DNA of 64,000 nt from an uncultured Acidimicrobiia bacterium (lineage in GTDB: Bacteria; Acidobacteriota; Terriglobia; Versatilivoradales; Versatilivoraceae): NCBI GenBank assembly GCA_963786955.1, contig CAWBAT010000007.1, positions 160,001-224,000 on the forward strand, read 5' to 3'. Of this stretch, positions 18,177 through 28,138 are shown in pieces (within the stretch, counting starts at the first letter, position 1; each line of letters opens with the position of its first letter). A program made the translations under genes and the position numbers. The notes under the pieces are model-generated. The model was not told where the DNA came from. It did no database searches and saw nothing but the letters and a program-made list of their open reading frames with translations.

Positions 18177-19160
18177 ATGATACGAAAGCAATGGATAATG
18201 ATCGGCAGCCTGGTGTTTGTCTTGACAGCACTCTGGTTTGGAATTGTACGTTGGGAAATGGAGGCGACTTCTAATGGCGTTACCAAAATTGCTCCAGGGG
18301 TCTGGTTCCGGGAAGGTGACCTCAAGGAGAAAGGGTACTGCAATAACATTTGGATTGAAATGAAAGACTATATCATTGTCGTTGATGCTAATTTCCCCAG
18401 CGGCGCTGAAGCTTGTCTGGTGGACATCAAGAAGACCAGCAGCAAGCCGGTCAAGTATGTCTTTGACACACATCATCATGGCGACCACGCCTACGGCAAT
18501 CCGGTGTGGACAAAACTGGGGGCGACCACCCTGGCTTATATTGGTGTCGCGGAGGAAATGAAGCGCTACGAACCCAAGCGCTGGCTGGAAGCAGCGAAGA
18601 CACGCGAAGATGTGGCAGCCTTGAATTTGCCAACAGCCGAGCCTCCCAAGCAGACGTTTGCGAGCAAAAAATATGTGTTGGAAGACTCAACGCGGAAGGT
18701 GGAATTCCATTTCTTTGGATGGGCCCATACCAGGGGTGACGGATTCGTCTACTTGCCAAAGGAAAAAATCCTCTGCACGGGAGATGCCGTCGTGAATGGA
18801 CCCTACAACTATATGGGAGACGGGAATGTGGGTAACTGGCCTGATGTGATCAATCACGCCCTTAAACTCGACGTGGTTACTGTTCTTCCAGGGCATGGAG
18901 TTCCTGGAAGTCGGGAGATGCTTCTCGGGGAACGGCAGTTTATCAATGAGCTCGAAAAAGCTGTTCGAGACGCGGTGAAATCAGGGAAGACACTGGAAGA
19001 TCTGGTCGTCAGGGAAGGTGACAAGTTGACAGGTGCCAAGATCCAGTTGCCTGAGTCGGTAAAGAACTGGGTGGGTGATTTCTTCCCCGGACAAATTGAA
19101 GTCGTCTATAAGGAAATCACGCTGGGAAAGCCACACGGGGAAATCAGCGGGGGAAAATAG
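18177..19160 (+). CDS. Metallo-beta-lactamase-fold hydrolase, membrane-anchored or secreted
   Basis: THHHGDHAYGN, AHTRGD, TGD, LPGHG; N-terminal hydrophobic helix. Confidence 0.9.
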   Translation: MIRKQWIMIGSLVFVLTALWFGIVRWEMEATSNGVTKIAPGVWFREGDLKEKGYCNNIWIEMKDYIIVVDANFPSGAEACLVDIKKTSSKPVKYVFDTHHHGDHAYGNPVWTKLGATTLAYIGVAEEMKRYEPKRWLEAAKTREDVAALNLPTAEPPKQTFASKKYVLEDSTRKVEFHFFGWAHTRGDGFVYLPKEKILCTGDAVVNGPYNYMGDGNVGNWPDVINHALKLDVVTVLPGHGVPGSREMLLGERQFINELEKAVRDAVKSGKTLEDLVVREGDKLTGAKIQLPESVKNWVGDFFPGQIEVVYKEITLGKPHGEISGGK

Positions 19161-19205
19161 AAAGTGATTTTCGATCGAGCTTGAGGATTAGCGGCTAGGA
19201 GTGGG

Positions 19206-19334
19206 ATGCAGACCAGAAGAGATTTTTTCCAAATCGTGATGGGGCTGGGAACCGCGGCGTTGGTGGCGTTCAAGCAAAATGGCCTGGAGCGAGTTCTTGC
19301 TGCCTCCAAGGATGCGAATTCCCGCTCTTATTAG
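19206..19334 (+). pseudogene. Orphan Tat signal peptide: 5' remnant of an exported enzyme, resembling class V aminotransferase N-termini
   Basis: SD AGGAG, then MQTRRDFFQIVMGLGTAALVAFKQNGLERVLAASKDANSRSY* (42 aa). Confidence 0.6.
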
Positions 19335-19363
19335 ATTGGTCTCTGGTCTTTCCTAGCTTTTGA

Positions 19364-19434
19364 CCCTCACTCTTTTCTCAGAGAATTATCGGCTCCCTTC
19401 GCCCCAACGCGGGAGAGGGTTGGGGGTGAGGGGG
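19364..19434. repeat. CCCTCACCCC/GGGAGAGGG-type palindromic intergenic repeat
   Basis: ccctcac...ctcccttcgccccaacgcgggagagggttgggggtgaggggg. Confidence 0.6.
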
Positions 19435-19453
19435 ATCTGCATAATCTTACGTA

Positions 19454-20008
19454 CTACCTCTCAAAGCTCTTTGCTCCAGGCCAGGGACCTGGGGGTAAGT
19501 CGGGAAGAGTCTTCCAGGCTCTTTCTTCCTTGAACAGCCGAAATCCTCTGGACTGATAATTTTTAAGAGCGAATGGGCCATCCAGCGTGCAAGTATGGAC
19601 CCAGACACGTGACGCGCCCATCTGCCAAGCGCGTCTCACCGCGGACGTGAGTAAGGCTCCACCTAGTTTCTTCCCGATGAAAGGTGCCAGCAGACCGAAA
19701 TAGGCGATTTCGATATTCCGATCTTCCTGCTTCTCCAATTCAAAATATCCAGCCACCGAGCCTGAAAGGTAACCTACCCAGGTTTCCAGTTCGGGTCGAT
19801 TCAGATATTCGAGCCATTGCGAATAGCTCCAGACCAAACGATCTATCCAATACCAGTCGCCTCCAACACTCGTATATAAGAAACGGTTCAACTCAGGGCA
19901 GGGGATTGCGGCACGCTTAACTTCAAACCCGGCCAAGGGAGGATCGACCCCACGAAGTTCTGAAGCGCTGAGCATCTCGAGATAGTAGGTAATGACCTCA
20001 GTTTTCAT
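19454..20008 (-). CDS. GNAT-family N-acetyltransferase
   Basis: GYFEL, EIAYFGL, FIGKKLGGALL, RVWVHTCTLD..ALKNYQSRGF. Confidence 0.92.
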   Translation of the reverse strand: MKTEVITYYLEMLSASELRGVDPPLAGFEVKRAAIPCPELNRFLYTSVGGDWYWIDRLVWSYSQWLEYLNRPELETWVGYLSGSVAGYFELEKQEDRNIEIAYFGLLAPFIGKKLGGALLTSAVRRAWQMGASRVWVHTCTLDGPFALKNYQSRGFRLFKEERAWKTLPDLPPGPWPGAKSFER

Positions 20009-20022
20009 GAATTTGATAACAC

Positions 20023-20115
20023 CTGTGGCGGCGGTCTATGACCGCCGACCGAAGCAACTGTAGCGGCGCTCTACGTGCGCCGACGAAGCATGGCGGTCAT
20101 AGACCGCTGCTACAG
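20023..20115. repeat. REP cluster of three GTAGCGGCGGTCTATGACCGCCG-type units
   Basis: ctgtggcggcggtctatgaccgccg, ctgtagcggcgctctacgtgcgccg, and an inverted copy tggcggtcatagaccgctgctacag. Confidence 0.82.
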
Positions 20116-20127
20116 CCGACTAGCTCA

Positions 20128-21123
20128 TTACTGGGTAAATCCCTGACAGAGAAATGGCAACGACTCAGACAAGTGGAGGCTCACCAATTCCCAGCCATGA
20201 GGCTCATTCGGATGTTCCACAAATGTGTGGGGAACATGCCGTTCGCTTAACACAGCGTCGAGAGCTTTTATGCTTTGGCCCAAACCCATGATCGCGTTAT
20301 ACCGATCGGCGGTTCCGTAATCAAAATAAATTCTCAATCCTGCTAGATCCGTGGTCTTGGCCAAATCTAACGGGTTGTTGTTTCGCCATTTATGGAGATC
20401 CACCGGATTGCCAAAAATAGGCGTAATCATTTGTGTGAACCAATTAAACCGGCCGCTATTCTTGGTTTCTTCGGACATGTGCTCGGGTTCGTTCAAGAAC
20501 ACGATAGGAGAATGGGCAGCCGTGGCGGAATATAGATCTTTGTGCTTAAAAGCGATTTTAAGGGCGCCAAAACCACCCATCGAAGTTCCTCCGATAGCAC
20601 GCCACTTTGAACCTGTCTTGGCTCGGTAGTTTCTTTCAACGTATTGGATCAAGTCTTGATCAATGTAATCTTCATAGCGTTTGCTGCCATCGAGGTAGTT
20701 CGTGTAAAAACTGTTGTCTCCTTTTGGGTGGACCATCAAGATTTCAGGAATTTTCTTTTCCAGGATCAGTTGATCTACGGTTTGGTGCAGATGGCCGTAA
20801 TGATCCACGATCCAACTGGTATGATCATTATTGAGTCCATGGAGGAAATAAACCACGGGATAGCTTCTCTGGCTCCTGTGGTAGGAAGGGGGAAGGAAAA
20901 TCGAGTACTCGCGATTTTCTTTCAAGGACGCGCTAGGAAAGCTGCCAAATACGACTTGAGAACCGCTCGGCAACTGAATAGGGCTTTTGTCTTCGAGTTG
21001 TCGTTCGTCTTTAGGACCATCAAGTGATTTCGCGCTGGACTCAATCGAGCTGATTTCCCATGTGAATCCAATTGAAAGGCTGATGAATCCGGCGAGGAGT
21101 ATGCAAGTGCGGAATGATTTCAT
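20128..21123 (-). CDS. Secreted esterase (alpha/beta hydrolase, S-formylglutathione hydrolase/XynC-like family)
   Basis: Signal peptide; YSIFLPPSY, YPVVYFLHG, GTSMGG, DYGTAD, HGW. Confidence 0.9.
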   Translation of the reverse strand: MKSFRTCILLAGFISLSIGFTWEISSIESSAKSLDGPKDERQLEDKSPIQLPSGSQVVFGSFPSASLKENREYSIFLPPSYHRSQRSYPVVYFLHGLNNDHTSWIVDHYGHLHQTVDQLILEKKIPEILMVHPKGDNSFYTNYLDGSKRYEDYIDQDLIQYVERNYRAKTGSKWRAIGGTSMGGFGALKIAFKHKDLYSATAAHSPIVFLNEPEHMSEETKNSGRFNWFTQMITPIFGNPVDLHKWRNNNPLDLAKTTDLAGLRIYFDYGTADRYNAIMGLGQSIKALDAVLSERHVPHTFVEHPNEPHGWELVSLHLSESLPFLCQGFTQ

Positions 21124-21146
21124 ATTTCTTCCCTTCTGGCGTTGCT

Positions 21147-21219
21147 ATAGGGGCGAAGCATTCTTCATCCAGCAATAGGTTTTTCCTGACCTGCCGATCA
21201 GCGAACGCTTCACCCTTAC
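21147..21219. repeat. Second copy of the GTAGGGGCGAAGCATT REP inverted pair
   Basis: ataggggcgaagcattc...gaacgcttcacccttac. Confidence 0.72.
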
Positions 21220-21433
21220 AATGATGCTATCCTTTCACTCTTCGTCACAATACTTAGCATTACCGTGCTGGAGTTTCCATATTAATTTGAGGTTCATGGA
21301 GAACTTTTCGTTATAATAGAAATTTTGGGAGACGAGTCAATCAGCTCAGCTTCCTTACCGCATTTATGATCACGACGAGTTTCCGTTAGAGGGGTTGAAT
21401 TATTTGCAAGTATCATGGAGTCGATCCAGCGTG

Positions 21434-22828
21434 ATGAATCCAAAGACACTTTTTGAAAAGATCTGGGAGGCCCATGTTGTTATGGAGGAGTCGGGGAAGC
21501 CTTCCTTGATCTATATCGATCGACACTTGGTCCACGAAGTCACCTCACCCCAGGCATTTGAGGGTTTGAGGCTGGCCGGAAGGAAGATCCGCAGACCGGA
21601 TCTGACTTTTGCCACCATGGATCACAATGTGCCGACGACACGGCGCGGGTCTCCGATCGAAGATCCCATTTCGGCCCAGCAGATCGAGACGCTGGCAGTC
21701 AACTGCAGGGAATTTGGCGTCACGTTGTACGATTTGAATAGCCCCGAGCAGGGGATTGTGCATGTCATCGGTCCTGAACTCGGGCTCACTTTACCTGGGC
21801 TCACCCTGGTTTGTGGAGACAGCCACACGTCTACGCATGGGGCTTTTGGAGTTCTGGCGTTTGGAATTGGAACCAGTGAAGTGGAACATGTTCTCGCGAC
21901 CCAATGCCTGCTTCAGGAAAGGCCCAAGACTTTTCTCATTCAGGTGGAGGGGCAAAGACCTTACGGTGTCGAGGCAAAGGATATCATTCTTTCCGTTATC
22001 GGGCGGATTGGGACAGGCGGGGGAATGGGGTACGTGATCGAATACGCCGGAGAGGCCATCCGCAACCTCAGCATGGAAGAGCGAATGACTGTCTGCAACA
22101 TGTCGATTGAGGGAGGTGCAAGGGCCGGCATGGTTGCCCCCGACCAGAAGACCTTTGATTATCTGCGAGGGCGGCGATTTGCTCCGAAGGACTTTGACGC
22201 GGCCGTTCAGCGATGGCAGCAGCTGAACAGTGACCCGGGGGCTATCTTTGATCGGACTTTGGAAATGAAAGCTTCCGAACTTACTCCTCAGGTTACCTGG
22301 GGAACTAATCCGGGACAGGTGATTTCAGTGGATGCCCGAGTGCCTAGACCTTCAGACTTCTCTGACCCGAATTCCCGTAGGTCCGCCGAGCATGCCCTGG
22401 AATACATGGGTTTGAAACCAGGAACCCCGATCACGGAGATCCCCATTGATCGTGTGTTCATTGGTTCCTGTACGAATTCCCGCTTGGAGGATCTACGCGC
22501 GGTTGCTCGTTTTATTGCGGGGAAAAAGGTTTCTGGCAAGGTCTATGCCATGGTTGTTCCTGGCTCGCAGGAAGTCAAACGATTGGCAGAGAAAGAAGGG
22601 CTGGACCGAATCTTCAAGGAGGCAGGTTTTGATTGGCGTGAGTCCGGCTGCAGCATGTGCTTGGGAATGAATCCCGATATTCTCAAACCAGGTGAGCGCT
22701 GCGCCTCAACCTCGAACCGGAACTTCGAAGGGCGTCAGGGAAAAGGTGGAAGAACCCATCTCGTTAGCCCGATTATGGCTGCGGCCGCGGCTATCCAGGG
22801 ACATTTCGTTGATGTCCGGCAATATTAG
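21434..22828 (+). CDS. leuC: 3-isopropylmalate dehydratase large subunit
   Basis: [56 protein letters not shown]. Confidence 0.99.
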   Translation: MNPKTLFEKIWEAHVVMEESGKPSLIYIDRHLVHEVTSPQAFEGLRLAGRKIRRPDLTFATMDHNVPTTRRGSPIEDPISAQQIETLAVNCREFGVTLYDLNSPEQGIVHVIGPELGLTLPGLTLVCGDSHTSTHGAFGVLAFGIGTSEVEHVLATQCLLQERPKTFLIQVEGQRPYGVEAKDIILSVIGRIGTGGGMGYVIEYAGEAIRNLSMEERMTVCNMSIEGGARAGMVAPDQKTFDYLRGRRFAPKDFDAAVQRWQQLNSDPGAIFDRTLEMKASELTPQVTWGTNPGQVISVDARVPRPSDFSDPNSRRSAEHALEYMGLKPGTPITEIPIDRVFIGSCTNSRLEDLRAVARFIAGKKVSGKVYAMVVPGSQEVKRLAEKEGLDRIFKEAGFDWRESGCSMCLGMNPDILKPGERCASTSNRNFEGRQGKGGRTHLVSPIMAAAAAIQGHFVDVRQY

Positions 22829-22850
22829 TTGTGCGCAGGAAGGAGAAAGA

Positions 22851-23453
22851 ATGGAACCATTTACCAAGCTCAAAGGGGTTGTCGCTTTGCTGGATCTGCC
22901 CAATGTCGACACCGATCAGATCATTCCTAAGCAATTCTTGAAGCGAATCGAACGGACCGGGTTTGGGCAATTTCTCTTTTATGACTGGCGTTTTGTGGAT
23001 GGAAAGGAATTGAATCGCGAATTTGAAATGAATCAGGAACGTTATCGCGGGGCTCAGATTCTGGTGACCCGAGCCAATTTCGGTTGTGGTTCCTCACGCG
23101 AACACGCTCCCTGGGCATTGCAGGATTACGGCTTTCGCTGCGTGATTGCCCCTTCTTTCGCCGATATCTTCTATAGCAACTGCTTCAAGAACGGGATGTT
23201 ACCCATTCGTTTGGGAGAAGTTCAGATTGAGGAACTCTTTCAGCGGGTACGCAAAACTCCAGGATACACTTTGAATGTCGATCTGCAGGGGAATCGAGTC
23301 CATTCCGATGATGGATTGGTTTTCCGCTTTGAAGTGGAAGAGTTTCGGCGTCATTGCCTGCTCAACGGCTTTGATGATATCGGCCTCACCATGCAGAACC
23401 AGGATAGCATTCGACAATACGAAGAAACCCACCCCGTAGTGATTCCCCGCTGA
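22851..23453 (+). CDS. leuD: 3-isopropylmalate dehydratase small subunit
   Basis: [34 protein letters not shown]; ATG 22851 after AGGAG. Confidence 0.98.
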   Translation: MEPFTKLKGVVALLDLPNVDTDQIIPKQFLKRIERTGFGQFLFYDWRFVDGKELNREFEMNQERYRGAQILVTRANFGCGSSREHAPWALQDYGFRCVIAPSFADIFYSNCFKNGMLPIRLGEVQIEELFQRVRKTPGYTLNVDLQGNRVHSDDGLVFRFEVEEFRRHCLLNGFDDIGLTMQNQDSIRQYEETHPVVIPR

Positions 23454-23508
23454 GGGCAGCATTTCATCTATTCACTGATCTGTCTTAGGATTGACGCCGT
23501 TGGAAAAT

Positions 23509-23551
23509 AAAAAAAGGGCCGAAGAGGGGAATTCTTTTCGGCCCTTTCTTT
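23509..23551. terminator. Bidirectional intrinsic terminator between leuD and tRNA-Phe
   Basis: A-run, aaagggccgaagag/cttttcggcccttt stem, T-rich tail. Confidence 0.85.
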
Positions 23552-23599
23552 CCTCTCCGCTTTTGTGGAGCGCAGAGGCTTTTTGAAGGTGGGTTACGA

Positions 23600-23675
23600 T
23601 GGTGCCCAGGGACGGAGTTGAACCGCCGACGCCAGCCTTTTCAGGGCTGCGCTCTACCGCCTGAGCTACCTGGGC
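23600..23675 (-). tRNA. tRNA-Phe (GAA)
   Basis: Reverse complement GCCCAGGTAGCTCAGGCGGTAGAGCGCAGCCCTGAAAAGGCTGGCGTCGGCGGTTCAACTCCGTCCCTGGGCACCA: 76 nt cloverleaf, GAA anticodon, encoded CCA. Confidence 0.97.
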
Positions 23676-23708
23676 ACAATCAGGGCTTCCCTTACGGAAA
23701 GCGCACGA

Positions 23709-23737
23709 AGTATAGAGAAACTATCCAGGGAGTTCAA
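23709..23737 (-). promoter_or_regulatory. Sigma70 promoter of tRNA-Phe
   Basis: TTGAAC (23737-23732), 17 nt spacer, TATACT (23714-23709). Confidence 0.8.
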
Positions 23738-24076
23738 GGGATTTTTGGTTGCAGCTAGGGATCGCTGCAACTCCAAGCGCAGAGGGGGGCGGTGTCGACG
23801 GCAGACCTAATCGTTTTCGAAGCCCGAAACTATGGTCCAACCGGAGGACCTCAGTTTCATGATGAAGTGTTCTCTAACTCTCAGCGAGCGCTACAGTTTC
23901 TGCTCAATCCTTGCTGTCGCTTCGAAACCAAGCCGACTGATGCGAGAGGGCTAACAAAGTAGATAGAACGGGTTTGTTTCAACGGAACATTTCTGAGTCC
24001 CCTCTCAGGTGGGGCGGAGAATATGGCCGCCAGGAAGTTTTGACCCAACAATTTTCGCTATGCGGGAGGATCACTA

Positions 24077-26359
24077 ATGACCGCTAGAATGACTCGCCGT
24101 CATTTTCTGGAGACTGGGACGGCCGGCATGCTCGCCGGCGTGATCGGAGCCTCAAAAGACCGCATTCAAGCATCAGAAGGTTCAACCAAACCAGCTTCCA
24201 CGGCTCCCAGTTTCGAAGACTACGCTACGATTGAGGCCTCTTGTAATGGGTTTCCGGTCTATTCCCTTGGCAACATCGCCTATATTTATGCGGTGAGCCC
24301 AGACCTGTACCCGGGGACCATCATGCAAGAGGGCAACACCAACCCCCAGGTCAAGATCAAGCCGAAAAAGTCTTGGGAGATTAAGCGCAATCCTTTTGGT
24401 GTGACGATAGCCGAACCGGGCCCGCGGACGATGTGGAACGACAATCAGTCTATGCTGCCCATCCACCTAATCGACGGCGACCCGGATACGGCTTGGAGCA
24501 GTTACGGCAGCCAAGTGCCCGACGAACGCCCGGAATGGATCCGAATCGATCTGCCAATGGAATCGATCGTAAAAGCGGTCAGTCTGGTTTGTAGCCAGGA
24601 TTTCGCAGGAGCGAAGTTGTGGGAAGAAGGTAAGCTTATTGACATCCAGGACTACCACAAGTGGGCGGGCAGAGCTTTGCCGAACGAACTGACTATCGAG
24701 ACAAGCCGCGATGCCTGGCACTGGGAAGTGGCTTACGAGACCAAGAACTTCTCCGGAAACGAATCGGGGCCGGCGGTAATCGAGTTCGAACCCACCGATA
24801 AGAACGCCAACAAGCCCAGAATTATTCAGTCCCAAAAAGGCGCGACGGTGATCGAGTTCAAGCCCCGCGCAGCCAAGCAAGTCCGCATTACCGGCCGTAA
24901 TTTCAAACGCAGACTCGACAAGTATGTCGGGTACGCATTCTCGATTGGCGAAGTGGAGGTGTGGGACTCAGGCGGACAGAACGTGGCGTTGCTGTCCCGC
25001 GGAGCTGGCGTGACCGTGTCCTCGACGTCTTACTTGATGAACCACGATCGCCTTACTCAGAACTTCCTCTTTGGCCCAGTGGAGTACGACCTCGGGCTCA
25101 AATACATCCGGATTGGCGCAGATAACGGGCTGCTCACGTGGAACTCCGTCGAACGCGAGAAAGGGAAGATGGAGGTTGACCCTGTAGCTGAGCAGACGGT
25201 GACGGAGTTGCATCGCAATGGTATTACCGTGATTCTGAATCTCGATGTCAAAGCCAATTTCGTTTACAAGGGGCGGAAATTGGACTGGAGTCAGGTGCGC
25301 ACGCGGGAGATCAACAACATTTACTATGACCATCCTGGCTGGTGCTGGGAGACGCCGAAGATGTTCGAAGGCTACCTGCATTATGTGGATTTCATGGTGC
25401 GCCACTTCAAGGACCGGGTCGGCTACTGGGAGATCGGCAATGAGTGGGCTGGCCCCAGAGATGTTTACGAGCGGGCGGTTCGCGGGATCAAGAAAATCGA
25501 CCCCAATGCACGGATCATGGTCGGTGTCGGCAGGATGTCCCAGTTCCGGGAAACGCTGGAGAAATGGGTCAAAGAAATTCCCCAAGAGGACTTACCTCTG
25601 CTGATGCCGGATGCCGTCGGGTCCCATCCGGGTACGCGGGTGGATGCCGGGCTCACCTTGGACGACCTCCACTCCTTTTATTGGCAGGAAAACAGGACGG
25701 CCATAAAGGAATGCAATGCGCTTGGCTTCAAGGGCCGGTATATTGCCAGCGAGGTTTATAGCTGGTGTTTATATCCGCCTGGCCCACGTGAACTCAATAG
25801 AGATGAGCCGCGGTATGCCAACTACTACGGAGAATCTGAGATCGTCCGGGCCAAGTATCTGGCTCAAAACCTAGTCGGCCATGCAGGTCTGAACATGCTG
25901 GCGTTCCAGTGCAATACTTATTTCGTTTCAGCCTCAGTTGGCCAATCCCTGTTTCGTGTTCCTGTTCCTTCGCAGACGATTAACGCCGTGCAACCCGATG
26001 CCGGCTACTACACGTTACGAACCCTCAGCACTGTGCTGGATGATTGGACCGGCGTCTCCTTCCCTGTAAAGTTCAGCAGCGGCGACAAGTTTGAGACGTT
26101 TACATTGAAACGTGGTGACGGGGAGTTGATGGTGGCGGCGTGGCTTCCCGGGAACACGACTGACGGGGTTGTAGAAGCAACTACGGACGTGACGCTGCCT
26201 GGAGTAAGCGCAAAGGAGGCTTGGGTGATCGACGTTCTGAACGGCACGGAGCAGAAACTGATTTTCACTACCGACCAGGGCGACACTGTAATCAGGAGAC
26301 TCAGGATTAAGGATTACCCAACGCTGCTTCGGTTAACCCCGTGTGGCCAAAAAACTTAA
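24077..26359 (+). CDS. Tat-exported discoidin (F5/8C-like) plus clan GH-A-like glycoside hydrolase
   Basis: TRRHFL Tat motif; LIDGDPDTAWSS, EWIRIDL, IGEVEVW; WNSVEREKG, YWEIGNEW (acid/base), IASEV (possible nucleophile). Confidence 0.72.
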   Translation: MTARMTRRHFLETGTAGMLAGVIGASKDRIQASEGSTKPASTAPSFEDYATIEASCNGFPVYSLGNIAYIYAVSPDLYPGTIMQEGNTNPQVKIKPKKSWEIKRNPFGVTIAEPGPRTMWNDNQSMLPIHLIDGDPDTAWSSYGSQVPDERPEWIRIDLPMESIVKAVSLVCSQDFAGAKLWEEGKLIDIQDYHKWAGRALPNELTIETSRDAWHWEVAYETKNFSGNESGPAVIEFEPTDKNANKPRIIQSQKGATVIEFKPRAAKQVRITGRNFKRRLDKYVGYAFSIGEVEVWDSGGQNVALLSRGAGVTVSSTSYLMNHDRLTQNFLFGPVEYDLGLKYIRIGADNGLLTWNSVEREKGKMEVDPVAEQTVTELHRNGITVILNLDVKANFVYKGRKLDWSQVRTREINNIYYDHPGWCWETPKMFEGYLHYVDFMVRHFKDRVGYWEIGNEWAGPRDVYERAVRGIKKIDPNARIMVGVGRMSQFRETLEKWVKEIPQEDLPLLMPDAVGSHPGTRVDAGLTLDDLHSFYWQENRTAIKECNALGFKGRYIASEVYSWCLYPPGPRELNRDEPRYANYYGESEIVRAKYLAQNLVGHAGLNMLAFQCNTYFVSASVGQSLFRVPVPSQTINAVQPDAGYYTLRTLSTVLDDWTGVSFPVKFSSGDKFETFTLKRGDGELMVAAWLPGNTTDGVVEATTDVTLPGVSAKEAWVIDVLNGTEQKLIFTTDQGDTVIRRLRIKDYPTLLRLTPCGQKT

Positions 26360-26491
26360 AGCGACCGTTCCACCGGTCCTCAATCTATGGTTACTCCATA
26401 CTCCGGTCCCAACTAATCAGCGAGCCTTCCTATTTGGCGACAGGTGGTCTATCATTCCAAAAGAGGCGGTACGAATACGCCTCCAAGTTCG

Positions 26492-27247
26492 ATGATTAGA
26501 CCCTATCGATGGCTGGCCCAGTATTACGACGAGCTCTTTTCGTCTCTTCGACTCCCGATCAATTCGGCGCGGGAGAGAGTACTGGGCCGGATCTTGCCCC
26601 ACGTTGAAACCGCCTGCGATCTGGCGTGCGGCACGGGAACGACTGCTCTGATCCTGGCCCGCAGGGGGATCAAAACCTACGCTGTGGATCTATCCCCGCT
26701 GATGTGCCGACTTGCCCGCGAGAAGGCTCGTCGCGCCCGCCTGTCTGTACAGGTACTTCGAGGTGACATGAGGAGTTTTCAGCTTCCGGAATCAGTGGAT
26801 CTCATTACTTGCGAATTCGATGCGCTCAATCATGTGCCGCGCCGAGCCGACTTGCGGAAAGTGGCGAAAGCCGTGGGTCGAGCACTGCGGCCCGGCGGGC
26901 ACTTTTTCTTCGATGTCAACAACTCCCTTGGATTTCAGCGCTACTGGTCGGGTACCGTCTGGTTCGAGAATCCGGGCGTGGCGGTCGTGATGCGCAATGG
27001 CCATAATGGGCAAGCTGACAGGGCTTGGATCGATATTGAATGGTTCATCCGGGACGGAAGCTGCTGGCGCCGGCATTACGAACGCGTGGAAGAGGTCTGC
27101 TGGGATTCTGACGAGATCCGTCGTATTTTCTTAGCGACAGGCTTTGACCAGCTGCGTGGCTGGGATGCAGCTCCCTTCTTTAAGAACAATCCTCTGATCG
27201 GTCGTGGTTGCCGCACAATTTATCTGGCCCATAAATCCCGAGCCTGA
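26492..27247 (+). CDS. Class I SAM-dependent methyltransferase
   Basis: LAQYYD, DLACGTG, VDLSPLM, GDMRSF, DALNH, LRPGGHFFFD. Confidence 0.92.
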   Translation: MIRPYRWLAQYYDELFSSLRLPINSARERVLGRILPHVETACDLACGTGTTALILARRGIKTYAVDLSPLMCRLAREKARRARLSVQVLRGDMRSFQLPESVDLITCEFDALNHVPRRADLRKVAKAVGRALRPGGHFFFDVNNSLGFQRYWSGTVWFENPGVAVVMRNGHNGQADRAWIDIEWFIRDGSCWRRHYERVEEVCWDSDEIRRIFLATGFDQLRGWDAAPFFKNNPLIGRGCRTIYLAHKSRA

Positions 27248-27589
27248 AGGCTCCCTGGAATATGACCCTGCCGTAAGGTGGCCGGCGAGGCGTTTCGGTC
27301 GCGTTGCATTTTGGCCCACATTGCGGCCGTATAGTCGGGAAACCGGAGATTGGGAATGGATCGCAAAGAACCGCCAATTGTGGATCGTAGGTGACCAGCA
27401 AGGGAATCACCTCAGCCCGGGTCGCACAATCCACGAGATGGGTCCACGAAAGCCGCGGAAAGCACGTCAATTTTGGCTACCAGGGGACTACCTTGAAGAA
27501 TGATGAAACACGAACGGGTGTGACGCTTAGAGAGGATTGTCCCAAGAACTGATGGCTATTGTACGGAACTAATGCGAATTGAGACGAGG

Positions 27590-28138
27590 TTATTTCTGTT
27601 TTGAGGTTTTCCCAATCCAATAGAAAAAGACGATGATCAGGCAAGCTGGCAAAACGGGACCCCACCAGCCTTTGAAACCTAGTAGGTTGATGACTGAAGG
27701 GCCGCCCCAGGCGACTAAAGCGAGGATGAGGCCGGCCCAAGCCATCCCGCTAATCAAGCTGAATAGGCTGAAATGCAAGGCCGGAACTCCTGAGTACGCA
27801 CAGGCGGCGGGGATGGCGATTCGCAACCCTGGTAGAAATCGGGAAGCCAGTATCATGCTCGTGGCATGTCGCCGAACTTTTTCTACGATCTGCTTGCCTT
27901 TGGCCGCGATAGCAGGGAAGCGGTCCAGCAGATGCCAAAAGCGCCCTCGGCAGACGTAATAGTAAAACTGATCTCCAGCGGAGCCACCGAGAGCCCCTGC
28001 GGCAAAAACCCCCAAAGGATTGAGCTTTCCCAGACCTACCAGGACACTGGCCGCGACAAAGACCACCTCTCCCTCGACGGCGGCAGCAAGAAATATCGCG
28101 AAATAGGCAAATATTCCGGGCCAAGTTTCCAAGCTCAT
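27590..28138 (-). CDS. DedA/VTT-family membrane protein
   Basis: AVEGE, GDQFYYYVCR, SRFLPGLRIAIP; start overlaps the aminotransferase stop. Confidence 0.92.
   Translation of the reverse strand: MSLETWPGIFAYFAIFLAAAVEGEVVFVAASVLVGLGKLNPLGVFAAGALGGSAGDQFYYYVCRGRFWHLLDRFPAIAAKGKQIVEKVRRHATSMILASRFLPGLRIAIPAACAYSGVPALHFSLFSLISGMAWAGLILALVAWGGPSVINLLGFKGWWGPVLPACLIIVFFYWIGKTSKQK

Noticed and set aside
21220-21433. Leucine attenuator or T-box upstream of leuC
   Set aside because: No Leu-rich leader peptide, T-box motif or terminator was found.
23600-27500. tRNA-Phe-integrated genomic island
   Set aside because: The accessory genes lie on the tRNA 5' side; there is no duplicated tRNA 3' end and no integrase.
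27250-27503. Gene remnant (PIN-like LVTYD on minus, or GMC-like IHEMG on plus)
   Set aside because: The matches are only about five residues long and contradict each other.
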